From positions 1,609 to 65,608 of the forward strand of contig JAUWTJ010000004.1 of assembly GCA_030614785.1 (NCBI GenBank): a DNA stretch of 64,000 nt. The letters run 5' to 3'. Each line of letters begins with the position of its first letter. The first letter of the stretch is position 1. Positions 1 to 8,771 of the stretch are shown piece after piece. This DNA is from Alphaproteobacteria bacterium (GTDB taxonomy: Bacteria; Pseudomonadota; Alphaproteobacteria; M2410). Under the pieces are notes generated by a model. That model was given only the letters and a program-made list of their open reading frames with translations, had not been told where the DNA came from and searched no databases. The translations under genes and the position numbers were made by a program.

Positions 1-148
1 GACTTGCCGCGATCATCCAGGCTGTGATCGCTACTTTGCGTCCGATGATATGTTGGGTGAAGTTCATAGTGTTCGCCAATATCCTTGCAACTGCCCGGCA
101 GCATAGCGCGGCTTCGCGCCCTGTCCAGGTGATTTTCCAGACCCGGTG

Positions 149-421
149 TTATCCGGCATGCTCATCGCTGATCTTCTTGATACCGTCGGCGGTCAGCTCA
201 AAGGCCCAGGAAATAGTCAGGGCGATGGGGAAGCCAAGAAAGATCAGCGCCATAAAAACCTTCGCAACCCAGTCCGGCGCATCAAAATTGCCGAACATCA
301 AAGTTCCAACCTGCAGCACGACCCAGCCAACGATGACGTAGGCGGCGGCAACGCGGAAGACGTGGCGGCGGGAGAGTTCTGCCAGCAGCGAGCTCATAGC
401 GTGTATCCTGAATCCGTTCAA
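149..421 (-). CDS. small membrane protein; conserved N-terminal TM module (VFRVAAAYVIVGWVVLQV-type) often seen at the N-terminus of larger TPR/cyclase-type proteins
   Basis: 90-aa ORF with two hydrophobic helices; the motif resembles N-terminal anchors of larger proteins; it is standalone here. Confidence 0.3.
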   Translation of the reverse strand: MNGFRIHAMSSLLAELSRRHVFRVAAAYVIVGWVVLQVGTLMFGNFDAPDWVAKVFMALIFLGFPIALTISWAFELTADGIKKISDEHAG

Positions 422-485
422 TCAACCCTAACCTATCACAGATTGTTCCGGTTGAAAGCGCTGAACGCAGAGTTCAGCCTTGCCG

Positions 486-2315
486 CTACAGGCGATCAAG
501 CGGGATATCCTCCTTCGAGGCGGAGGCCTTGTCATAGAGCTGCTGCGTTATGCCCACCGCGCTATCGCCTGCTGCTTCCTGCGCCTTCATCATACCGTAG
601 AGCGACCAGGCATTATTCGGGTGCCTGATGAGCGAGGAGCGGAAGGCCTTTTCGGCCTCGACAGCGTTGCCGGCTTGCAGGTGCAGGGCGCCGACGGTTT
701 GCTCGATCGGATAGTACCACAGCGGTGGCTCCGTATACTGAAGGAGCGACTGCAGGGCAGCGGCCTTTTTGGTTTTCTCGATGGCTTCGGTATAATTGCC
801 TTCAGCCTGATCGATCCGGGCCCGCACGAGAAGGTCAGCCATGATAAAGAGTTCCTTGACCGGTGCGCCGGCGCCGTGTCCCTTTTCCAGCTCCGCGGTG
901 CCGCCGAGCGAAAGAATGGCTTGTGCCTCGGCGCGCGCTGCATCGGTATGGCCAGCCCAGGCAGCATCAACGCCGCGCACATAGTGCCACATGGCCTTCA
1001 GGTAGGGCAGGCTGGCAGGCGGTGCGTCAATCGCGGCAACGTCGGCTGAGGTGCCAAATTGCAAAGTGGCAAACATCGGAGACGCCTTGATGGGCTGCAC
1101 GAAAGGCGCGGCCTCTACAGCGGAGAAGGGGATCAGTGCATCGAGTTTCCTTGAGAACTCAATGGTGGTCGGGCCGTCGCCGGCCATCTGCGCGGAGACC
1201 AGAACGAAATGCACATTGTGGGGATAATAGCCGAAGCGATAAAGCTCCGAGCCGTCGACCTGATTCAAATAGGCCTCGTCCACCTTGACCGCTTGCACGT
1301 TAGTTTCAAGGCTGTCGAGATAGCGGCCAATGCGGAAGTATGTGTGGCCGGGCATGTGAACGAGATGGCCGGCACCGGGGATCTGTGCGGCGAGGCGATC
1401 AGCATAGGGCTCGGCCCGCTCAGGCATATTCGATGGCTCCATCAGATGGATGTAGAGATGAGCCGCGCCGGCGTGGTTCGGATTTTCCGCCAGTACAAGC
1501 TCCATCGCCTTGATGGCTTTGACAATGTGAGGTTTGGGGGTCTCAAAGTCGCGCTCCCAATAATCCCAGGGGGTAAGGTCCATCAGACTTTCGGCATAGA
1601 AAGAGGCGATGTGGAGATCGTCCTTGTACTTCTTGTGCAGCTTGCCCATGGCATCTGCGAAGGCTTTGTCGAGATCTTCGCGTTTGGCTTGCGGGTCCAG
1701 CGAATAGCGCAAAGCCATGGCTTCAATGAGCTTTTGCTCCTTCTTGCTGGCGCCGCCCTTCAGAGCAGAGGCCATGGAAATTGCTGTGAAAGCGGGAACG
1801 TTGGCGCTCTCCTCCATGGCGGCGTTGATGTTAGGGCCGAGCGCGAAGGCTTCGGCCCAGTAACACATGGCACACGCTCTATCGAGCTCCTGTGCCTTTT
1901 TGAAGGCGCGCAGGGCCTCCCAGTGATTGAAGCCGAAGGTCAGTGCAAGGCCCTGATTGAAGTAGGCCTGCGCCTTCGGGCTCGTGGTGGTGATCTCAAA
2001 GTGGTGCGTGCCCATGCCCTCCCACAGCGGCGGGCCGGTCTCCTCCGCGGTTTCCGCTTCAGGCTCAGCAGCGTGAGCAGAAGGCGCCAGCGCCATCAGG
2101 AAATCGGGACGGAAGAAGAGCCCGCGTTCCTTGCCCTGCTTGCCGCACAGCGCGCGCGAGGCGAGTGTCGGATCGAGCAGCTCAAGCAGCGACAGCCGCG
2201 CAGGATCAACCGTCACAGCGGTTTGGGGACCAGACGGCGCCAGAAAGGACAGCCCCGTCAGCGACAAGGTGCAGGCGGCTGTGCCGGCCAGAAGTGTTTT
2301 GGTGATGTCACGCAT
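486..2315 (-). CDS. secreted TPR-like repeat protein (signal peptide), function unknown
   Basis: 609-aa ORF with N-terminal signal-like MRDITKTLLAGTAACTLSLTGLSFLA and TPR-like helical repeats in the C-terminal half. Confidence 0.55.
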   Translation of the reverse strand: MRDITKTLLAGTAACTLSLTGLSFLAPSGPQTAVTVDPARLSLLELLDPTLASRALCGKQGKERGLFFRPDFLMALAPSAHAAEPEAETAEETGPPLWEGMGTHHFEITTTSPKAQAYFNQGLALTFGFNHWEALRAFKKAQELDRACAMCYWAEAFALGPNINAAMEESANVPAFTAISMASALKGGASKKEQKLIEAMALRYSLDPQAKREDLDKAFADAMGKLHKKYKDDLHIASFYAESLMDLTPWDYWERDFETPKPHIVKAIKAMELVLAENPNHAGAAHLYIHLMEPSNMPERAEPYADRLAAQIPGAGHLVHMPGHTYFRIGRYLDSLETNVQAVKVDEAYLNQVDGSELYRFGYYPHNVHFVLVSAQMAGDGPTTIEFSRKLDALIPFSAVEAAPFVQPIKASPMFATLQFGTSADVAAIDAPPASLPYLKAMWHYVRGVDAAWAGHTDAARAEAQAILSLGGTAELEKGHGAGAPVKELFIMADLLVRARIDQAEGNYTEAIEKTKKAAALQSLLQYTEPPLWYYPIEQTVGALHLQAGNAVEAEKAFRSSLIRHPNNAWSLYGMMKAQEAAGDSAVGITQQLYDKASASKEDIPLDRL

Positions 2316-2506
2316 CTTCGTTTCTCCATCATTGTTCTGTGGCGGGGGAGAGGCGAGAACCGCTTGATTTCAAAGGAAAAAGCGACCGCGCGCCTGATCA
2401 GCCCGGCTGATGACCCCATAGGAAACGCACTGCATACCCGGAATTTGCGCTAATTCTACGCTTTATCGACCAGTTCGGAAAGAGAATAAAGTGCAGGAGT
2501 TTGGGC

Positions 2507-3307
2507 CTACAAAACGAACGTGAAGAGCCGCAGCACATCAAACCAGTCGGCGGTCTCAAAGGAGATGACGCGCTCGTTCTTCAACGTGGCACCGGGATAG
2601 AAGCCGCACCGATAGGCAACGGGCGGTCGCTTGTATTCGATCTCAACCCTGAAGTGCTTCGGGTTATCCCTGAGGAGGTGGTTCAAATCTCCGCCCAGAG
2701 AGCTTTCCATGCCCTTGCGAATTTCCTCGCAGGCGATATCGGGATGAACGCTCTCGGTGGCAAGACCCCGCCCGTTGAACGTTGCAAACGTCCCGATGCC
2801 GTCACAAAAAGCACTGGCCTCCCGGCAGAGGTCCTCGTCGCCGGACAGGAAAGCCGTTGGCACACCGTGCATATTGGAGGTGAAGGCCGATATTCTGAAC
2901 TCCGAGGTCGGCACGTCGTTGATTTTCAGCTCCTGAATGACTGACCCGGCCATGGTGTGGGCCAGCGGATTGCCTGCCGACCCGGCGCGCGAATGATAGC
3001 CAATGAAGGCGCTTGCCGCGAAGCTCTCGTCCAGACCGTCCATCATGCTTTGCGGATGACCCGACCAGCCGCGAATGAGCCGTGCCTGACGCGGCAGCAT
3101 CGCTGCATCGATATTGCGTGCGGTCCAGTGCGCGTCCTTAACCAGGATTTCGCTCGCACCGGCGGCGAGCGCGCCTTCGCAGGCCGCCGCTACCTCGCGG
3201 GACATCTGCTCGGCAAAGCGCGTAAAATCCTTGTGATCCGCATTGGTTTCCTCGGCGACGGTCACGCCGGTGACCCCCTCGATATCGGCTGAGATGAAAA
3301 CTTTCAC
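2507..3307 (-). CDS. M55-family D-aminopeptidase (DppA-like)
   Basis: VKVFISADIEGVTGV N-terminus and overall similarity to the Bacillus DppA D-aminopeptidase family; start assumed to be GTG at 3307 (ORF extends to 3394). Confidence 0.65.
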   Translation of the reverse strand: MKVFISADIEGVTGVTVAEETNADHKDFTRFAEQMSREVAAACEGALAAGASEILVKDAHWTARNIDAAMLPRQARLIRGWSGHPQSMMDGLDESFAASAFIGYHSRAGSAGNPLAHTMAGSVIQELKINDVPTSEFRISAFTSNMHGVPTAFLSGDEDLCREASAFCDGIGTFATFNGRGLATESVHPDIACEEIRKGMESSLGGDLNHLLRDNPKHFRVEIEYKRPPVAYRCGFYPGATLKNERVISFETADWFDVLRLFTFVL

Positions 3308-3430
3308 GCGAAGGGCTCCTTGTCTTGTTCTGAACAAACCTTGAGCGAACCCTGGAGAAGAGTTGTGCGAGACGCAATGACCGGAATCAGACATTGTGAC
3401 CTCTCCACTCCGGGATGAGGAACTCTACAG

Positions 3431-3928
3431 ATGATGATCAGACAAGCGACCCACTACGATCTGGAGGATTTGCTCGTGCTCAATCAGTCCGAGGTGCCGC
3501 ATGTGGGGGATATTGATATCGCCCGCATGAACCATCTCTTCGACGAGGCTGCGTGGTTCCCCGTGCTGGAAATCGATGGCGCAGTTGCAGGCTTTGTGAT
3601 GGTCATGGACCACACGGCCAATTATGACAGCCTCAACTTTCTTTGGTTCAAAGAGCGCTACAAGTGCTTCTGCTACGTCGACCGGATCGCGGTATCGCCG
3701 GGTTTTCGGCGGCGCGGCGCGGCGGGCATGATGTACGATGATTGCATCCGGTTCGGTGCGGCAAACCACCTGCCGCTGCTGGCCCTCGAGTACAATATCA
3801 CCCCGCCGAACCCGGTCTCCGCCGCCTTTCACAAGGCATACGGCTTTCGGGAAGTCGGCAGACGCCGGGACGGCGAAACCTCAAAGGAAGTCTCGATGCA
3901 GATACTTGATATTCTGCCTGCCGGTTAG
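3431..3928 (+). CDS. GNAT-family N-acetyltransferase
   Basis: 165-aa ORF with an acetyl-CoA binding RRRGAAG-like motif (VSPGFRRRGAAGMM); GAGGAA-like RBS upstream. Confidence 0.55.
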   Translation: MMIRQATHYDLEDLLVLNQSEVPHVGDIDIARMNHLFDEAAWFPVLEIDGAVAGFVMVMDHTANYDSLNFLWFKERYKCFCYVDRIAVSPGFRRRGAAGMMYDDCIRFGAANHLPLLALEYNITPPNPVSAAFHKAYGFREVGRRRDGETSKEVSMQILDILPAG

Positions 3929-4683
3929 TAGGCCATCGGGTCTTTCGGCTCCAGCCCGAAAGACTTCGCGGGCATGTTGAAGTCGCCAAGGAGAAGTTCA
4001 TAGTGGAGATGGACCGGGACGCTATAGCCTGCCGTTTGCCCCATTCGCCCGAGTTTTGTTGTTCCGGTTACGGAGCTTCCTTGCGTGATGCCAGAAGCAA
4101 AATCCTTCAGGTGGGCGTAACGCGTATAGACACCGTTACCATGATCGATCACCACCATGTGGCCATAGTCATCGCGGTAGATCGCTTCGACAATTGTCCC
4201 CGACCCGGCTGAGTAAACCGTGCTCCCTGCCTCACTGTGATAATCGACGCCTTTGTGGAGCTTGCCATCCCGGTCGCCAAACCCGGACGAGAAACAGCCG
4301 TGACTGACCGGTGCCGCAGCAAGTGTGACCCCTTCAACCTTGATCAGCGGCTTGAAGTTCTTGAGCCGGTCATCTGCATCAACCGGCGGCTCATTGGAGA
4401 TCGCCATTCCCGGACAGGTGAAGACCTCGACCAGATGGCCATTTTGATAGACCCCGCCACGGCGCAGAGCGTCGGCCGCTTCAAAACCCCCGCTGCCTTC
4501 AGCGCTGGCAGATCGGTCGGTTTCGTCAGCTGTGTCGGTGCTGTTGTCCGTGTCGATGCCGACCACGGATGCCAGGTCGCCCAGCTTGTCATTGAGAACG
4601 TTTGCGATCTGTTCGGGCAATGCGCCCATGGCCCAGACCGTGCCAAATGCGCCCAGAACGACGCCAAAAAGAAAATTACGCAT
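3925..4683 (-). CDS. M23-family metallopeptidase (signal peptide)
   Basis: C-terminal HxxxD ... HLHYE M23 signature (GVDYHSEAGSTVYSAGSGTIV...VPVHLHYELL); start taken at internal ATG (MRNFLFGVVLGAF signal peptide). Confidence 0.7.
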   Translation of the reverse strand: MRNFLFGVVLGAFGTVWAMGALPEQIANVLNDKLGDLASVVGIDTDNSTDTADETDRSASAEGSGGFEAADALRRGGVYQNGHLVEVFTCPGMAISNEPPVDADDRLKNFKPLIKVEGVTLAAAPVSHGCFSSGFGDRDGKLHKGVDYHSEAGSTVYSAGSGTIVEAIYRDDYGHMVVIDHGNGVYTRYAHLKDFASGITQGSSVTGTTKLGRMGQTAGYSVPVHLHYELLLGDFNMPAKSFGLEPKDPMAY

Positions 4684-5046
4684 GATACCCACCCCGCCAT
4701 TTCCGAGCCCCCCGGCTCTGGAGGAAGCCATATTACGGTAAATTGGCGCAAAAATCAATTTAGCACAGATCCTGCTCCGCCGATGGATGCAGTCCGCACG
4801 GTTGCCAAGGAAAGGCGACCCGGTGTTGCAAAACCCCGATCGACTTGAACGGCTCACGCCCTGTCTGCCCGGGGTCACGCTGGAGCCGATGATCGAGACG
4901 ATGCAGCCAATGGTAATTATTATTAAGTAAGTAAACTACTTGTAGTATTATTCCCGTGCGGACGACCTTTTCCTGCGTATGACAATTCGCACCTTGTCTC
5001 TGATTGCAAACCTCGGCATGGTGGCCCCATTCTTCCACGACAGGGT

Positions 5047-5685
5047 GTGCTCGCACAAATGACAGAACAGGGTGACAGGTTTTTTGTTCTTGCGGTCTCA
5101 ATTGCCGCAAGACTACATGACGCCCTTGACGACGCGCGGAGTATATCCCTGCAAGCGATGAATGCCCAGGCTTCGATCGCCCGGGCGGGCGAGCAATCCA
5201 GAGCCATGGAACCGATTGTCGACTATATGAACGGGTTATCGCTCTCAATTATCCAGCTCGTGCAAGACGTTGATGACGAGGCCCTCTTGATTTCCCGCGA
5301 GTCCCTGACAGAGTTTCGGGAGAGCGTTGCTGTTGAGAGGTTTGTCGACGCCGTTCGATTGGGCCAGGGTGCAAAACATATGGATGCCATCGAGGCAAAG
5401 GTGGAACTCTTGCGCCACAATCTGACGGTGATACGACAGGGGACGGGGAAGAAAATCAGCGTGCTGATCGGGCTGCTGTCCTCGATCGAGACCACCCTGC
5501 TTTCTGCAAATATCGTGACCTCCAGTTTTCGTATTGAAGTCGGCAAACTTGATTCCGAACACAAAGTGACATTCGAGTCGTTGATCGGTGCTTTCAATAC
5601 CGCGACGCAAAACATTCGATCTGTCGTCAATCGCTGCAAGGCAGACCTGGCAACCACCCGGGTGCTGGCCACAACAAAAAGATAA
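5047..5685 (+). CDS. short soluble protein with a degenerate MCP signalling-domain-like core (NAQASIARAGEQSRA vs MCP consensus [16 protein letters not shown])
   Basis: 212-aa ORF, coiled-coil-like, no TM; core motif resembles the highly conserved methyl-accepting chemotaxis protein signalling hairpin tip. Confidence 0.4.
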   Translation: MLAQMTEQGDRFFVLAVSIAARLHDALDDARSISLQAMNAQASIARAGEQSRAMEPIVDYMNGLSLSIIQLVQDVDDEALLISRESLTEFRESVAVERFVDAVRLGQGAKHMDAIEAKVELLRHNLTVIRQGTGKKISVLIGLLSSIETTLLSANIVTSSFRIEVGKLDSEHKVTFESLIGAFNTATQNIRSVVNRCKADLATTRVLATTKR

Positions 5686-5696
5686 AGAGATCAACA

Positions 5697-6428
5697 ATGA
5701 AGGCAACGAAATTGTTCGAGCACTATGATCACGAGTGGATTGTGTTTGGCCGCGACCCGGAAAAACCGACGGGCATCATTGATACCAACCAGTATATGAT
5801 CAAGGCACGAGGCGCGGCGATGCTGCTTGATCCGGGCGGTGTTGAGTTATTCGCGCCAATGCTTGCGGCCGTCGCGCAACATGTGCCAATCAGTTCGATC
5901 AAGCACCTCTTCGCATCACATCAGGATCCTGATATTATTTCCTCACTGGGTTTGTGGGACAAGACACTTGAAGGGGCAACCCTTTATGCCCCCTGGATTT
6001 GGGAAGGGTTCATCAAACACTTCGGCTGTGAGGCAATCGTCTATGATCCGCTGCCGGACGAAGGTCGGACCATTCGATTTGGCGATACCGAGCTTGAGTT
6101 TGTGCCAGCCCACTACCTCCACTCCTCGGGTAATTTCAGCGTCTATGACAAGTCGGCCAAAATTCTGATGAGCGGGGACATCGGTGCAGCGCTGCTTCCT
6201 GATGGTGCGCCGTTCTTTGTGGAGGACTTCGATACACATACCTCTGCCATGACGATGTTTCACCAACGATGGATGCCCTCAAACAAGGCCAAGGCGGCCT
6301 GGATCGCACGGGTTCGAGAGCTGGATGTGGATTATATGGCCCCTCAGCATGGCGCCATTTTCAAAGGCGAGGATGTCGTCCGATTTCTGGACTGGTTCGA
6401 CGCCCTTGAGGTGGGCATCGCGGTTTGA
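5697..6428 (+). CDS. MBL-fold protein, flavodiiron-N-terminal / ODP-like (non-hydrolase metallo-beta-lactamase fold)
   Basis: 243-aa ORF 11 nt after the preceding gene; motif SHQDPD replaces the hydrolase HxHxDH motif, plus conserved later His/Asp (HYLHSSG, MSGD, FHQRW) as in di-iron FprA/ODP-type domains. Confidence 0.45.
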   Translation: MKATKLFEHYDHEWIVFGRDPEKPTGIIDTNQYMIKARGAAMLLDPGGVELFAPMLAAVAQHVPISSIKHLFASHQDPDIISSLGLWDKTLEGATLYAPWIWEGFIKHFGCEAIVYDPLPDEGRTIRFGDTELEFVPAHYLHSSGNFSVYDKSAKILMSGDIGAALLPDGAPFFVEDFDTHTSAMTMFHQRWMPSNKAKAAWIARVRELDVDYMAPQHGAIFKGEDVVRFLDWFDALEVGIAV

Positions 6429-6756
6429 ATCAGACCTGCATGGCGTTGATCCTTGTTCATGCCGCCTGCCCCGGGTCAGACGTCCCGGGTCAATCAGCGG
6501 GAGCCGGGGCGTCAGGCGTCTGACGCCAGGCCTTTCAGTATGGTCGCTACCGAATACCTGAAGGCCTCTTCGACCGGGCCGTCAAAGCCGAAATTGCCGT
6601 CTATTTCCATAGTGACGAAACCGGTGAGAAAGCTGATGAAGCAGCGCGCCGCAGCAAGCCCGCCTGGATGACGGGCTGACAAAAATGGGGCGCACGCTGC
6701 CTCATCCCGCATTGGTTATTTTCAGGCCGCGTGCTAGCAATGAAGCATCAAACACC

Positions 6757-7329
6757 ATGAAGGAGGGAAATCCCATGTCGCTGCAGAAACTGGTTGTTAC
6801 ACTATTTGGCGTCCTGGCGCTGAGTGGTTTGATCTCGTCGGCGCAGGCTGGCATGGAGGCGTTTCACGCCGGCCCCGTCTTTCCGGACTTCGGGAAGATC
6901 GCCAGTGTCGACAGCCAATTCCCCATACCCGAAGGAACTGTCTTCAAGATGGTCCTCGACGTCAGCGACGCATCAAAACCCGGCGCCCTGAACCGCACGT
7001 TTGAAAGCGCCGCCCGGTTTATCAACATGCATGTTGATGCTGGTGTGCCGCTGGAAAATATTTCCGTCGCCGTTGTTGTCCATGGCGGCGCGGCGCTCGA
7101 CGTCACGCAGAACAGCTTCTACCAGGCGAAGCGCGAAAGCGATAATCCAAATGCAGCGCTTATTGACGCGCTGACGAGCAAGGGCGTGAACATATACCTA
7201 TGCGGACAAAGCGCAGCCTATGCCGACGTGAGCAACAAGGACCTGCTTGCCGGTGTCACGATGGCCCGGTCTGCCATGACAGCCCACGCCCTCTTGCAGC
7301 AGCGCGGTTATACGCTAAATCCGTTCTAG
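6757..7329 (+). CDS. secreted DsrE/DsrF-like family protein
   Basis: signal peptide MSLQKLVVTLFGVLALSGLISSAQA; VVVHGGAA...IYLCGQSA core resembles the DsrE-like sulfur-relay fold; start ATG at 6757 preceded by GGAGGG. Confidence 0.4.
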   Translation: MKEGNPMSLQKLVVTLFGVLALSGLISSAQAGMEAFHAGPVFPDFGKIASVDSQFPIPEGTVFKMVLDVSDASKPGALNRTFESAARFINMHVDAGVPLENISVAVVVHGGAALDVTQNSFYQAKRESDNPNAALIDALTSKGVNIYLCGQSAAYADVSNKDLLAGVTMARSAMTAHALLQQRGYTLNPF

Positions 7330-7560
7330 AGCCCTGTTGTCAGCCGCAAGCAGAAGACATCTGGTTGATCAGGAGACCCGACCCGACAAACAGTCATGAG
7401 GTCTGTTGCGGTCCGTGTTTGCAGGAACGCCACACGTGCTGCAGTCCGACACTCCAAATTCCGTGATCCCAACTAAGGGTGTCATACCGGCAAATGCAAT
7501 ACTCCTTACAGTTGTTTCGAGGCCTGCGGTAACCTTATGCTCATATAGTCTTCGTATAGT

Positions 7561-8739
7561 GTGCCGGGTCGCATGGACAACCTTGAAAGCGAAGTCATGC
7601 CTGTTACCTCATCGCTTGCTACATCACACGGCGCCCAGCTCGTCCTCCTCGCGCAGGACAAATCGCAACACGGCCGGGCTGTGCTGACCACTGCCATTGT
7701 GGAACTGTTTTCCGAAGACGCCCGACTGTTTACGGATTCGGACCGTGAGCTGATGACACAGATCATCGTTCAACTGGTTGACAGCGTCGAGATATCCGTC
7801 AAGACGGCGCTCGCCGAGCGATTGGCAAACCAACCCGATACGCCGCGAGACCTGGCGATGCACTTTGCCAATATGGAGGCGGGTGTTGCATTCGCCATTC
7901 TGAAAAACTCGCCGGCTCTGAAAGATCCGGACCTGATCCGGATTGTGATGCACAAGACCATGGAGCATCAAATGGCCGTCTCGGCACGCTCAATCATTTC
8001 GCCGGCCGTATCCGGAGCGCTGGCCGAGAGCGAGCACGACAGTGTGGTCCAGGCGCTGCTGGAAAATAGCGGTGCCACAATCGACCATGAAACCTTCGAG
8101 GGCATAGCCGGAAGAACGACGGAAGATACTGTCTTCAACGAGGCGCTGGTCAACAGGCGCGACCTGCCAAAACATGTTTGTCACCAGCTTTACTGGGCGG
8201 TCTCCGCGGCCTTGCGACAGACTCTCATTGACAATCACGACATCGATGAAGACAGCATTGACGACGCTATTGAAGGCGTTCTTTCCGACATGATCGAGCA
8301 TCTCGCAGATGAGAAAACCGAAGGCGAGGATGTCGCGGCCCGGGTTGAGCTGGCGATACGCAAGGGCGTTCTTGGCGAAGCCCTGCTGGCGCTCTTGCAA
8401 TCGGTGCAGATCCACAGATTTACGACGTGGCTTGCCGCTGCAAGTCACCTCAGGGAGGATCTCATCAGCAGGATCATGTTCGAAGAGGGCGGCGAATGTC
8501 TGGCGGCCATTTTCAAAGCGCTTGAAATTGATCGGGAAGACTTCCTGTCGATCTTTGTTTTTCTGAGGCAGGGACGCCTCGGAGAAAAGACGGTTCCCGC
8601 AGACGAGATCCAGCGCGCCGCCGAATTTTATTCCGGGGTCAAACCGGACCGGGCCGCGAAGTTTCTCAAGCGACTGCAAAGGAATCCGGATTATCTGAAT
8701 GCAATCCGGACGGTCAATACACGCAGCGCCGGGGCCTGA
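7561..8739 (+). CDS. DUF2336-family protein (alphaproteobacteria-restricted, helical repeats)
   Basis: 392-aa alpha-helical ORF with the repeated architecture typical of the DUF2336 family. Confidence 0.5.
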   Translation: MPGRMDNLESEVMPVTSSLATSHGAQLVLLAQDKSQHGRAVLTTAIVELFSEDARLFTDSDRELMTQIIVQLVDSVEISVKTALAERLANQPDTPRDLAMHFANMEAGVAFAILKNSPALKDPDLIRIVMHKTMEHQMAVSARSIISPAVSGALAESEHDSVVQALLENSGATIDHETFEGIAGRTTEDTVFNEALVNRRDLPKHVCHQLYWAVSAALRQTLIDNHDIDEDSIDDAIEGVLSDMIEHLADEKTEGEDVAARVELAIRKGVLGEALLALLQSVQIHRFTTWLAAASHLREDLISRIMFEEGGECLAAIFKALEIDREDFLSIFVFLRQGRLGEKTVPADEIQRAAEFYSGVKPDRAAKFLKRLQRNPDYLNAIRTVNTRSAGA

Positions 8740-8771
8740 GGTCCTATCAGGCGTCAAGCCGGCGCGCCGGA

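Noticed and set aside
24-341. 105-aa plus-strand ORF at the window start.
   Set aside because: Low-complexity composition. It overlaps the more protein-like minus-strand 149-421 ORF. No support.
1209-2453. 414-aa plus-strand ORF antisense to the TPR protein gene. Many similar long antisense ORFs occur elsewhere: 10913-11584, 11936-12739, 13018-13719, 13641-14522, 15802-16338, 16561-17493, 25227-25907, 26876-27823, 29614-30528, 32744-33559, 33851-35134, 36867-37703, 38687-39676, 39842-40594, 58734-59543 and 59977-60648.
   Set aside because: Typical stop-codon-poor shadow frames of GC-rich DNA: Arg/Ala/Gly/Pro-rich, low-complexity, and each fully overlapped by a strongly supported gene on the other strand.
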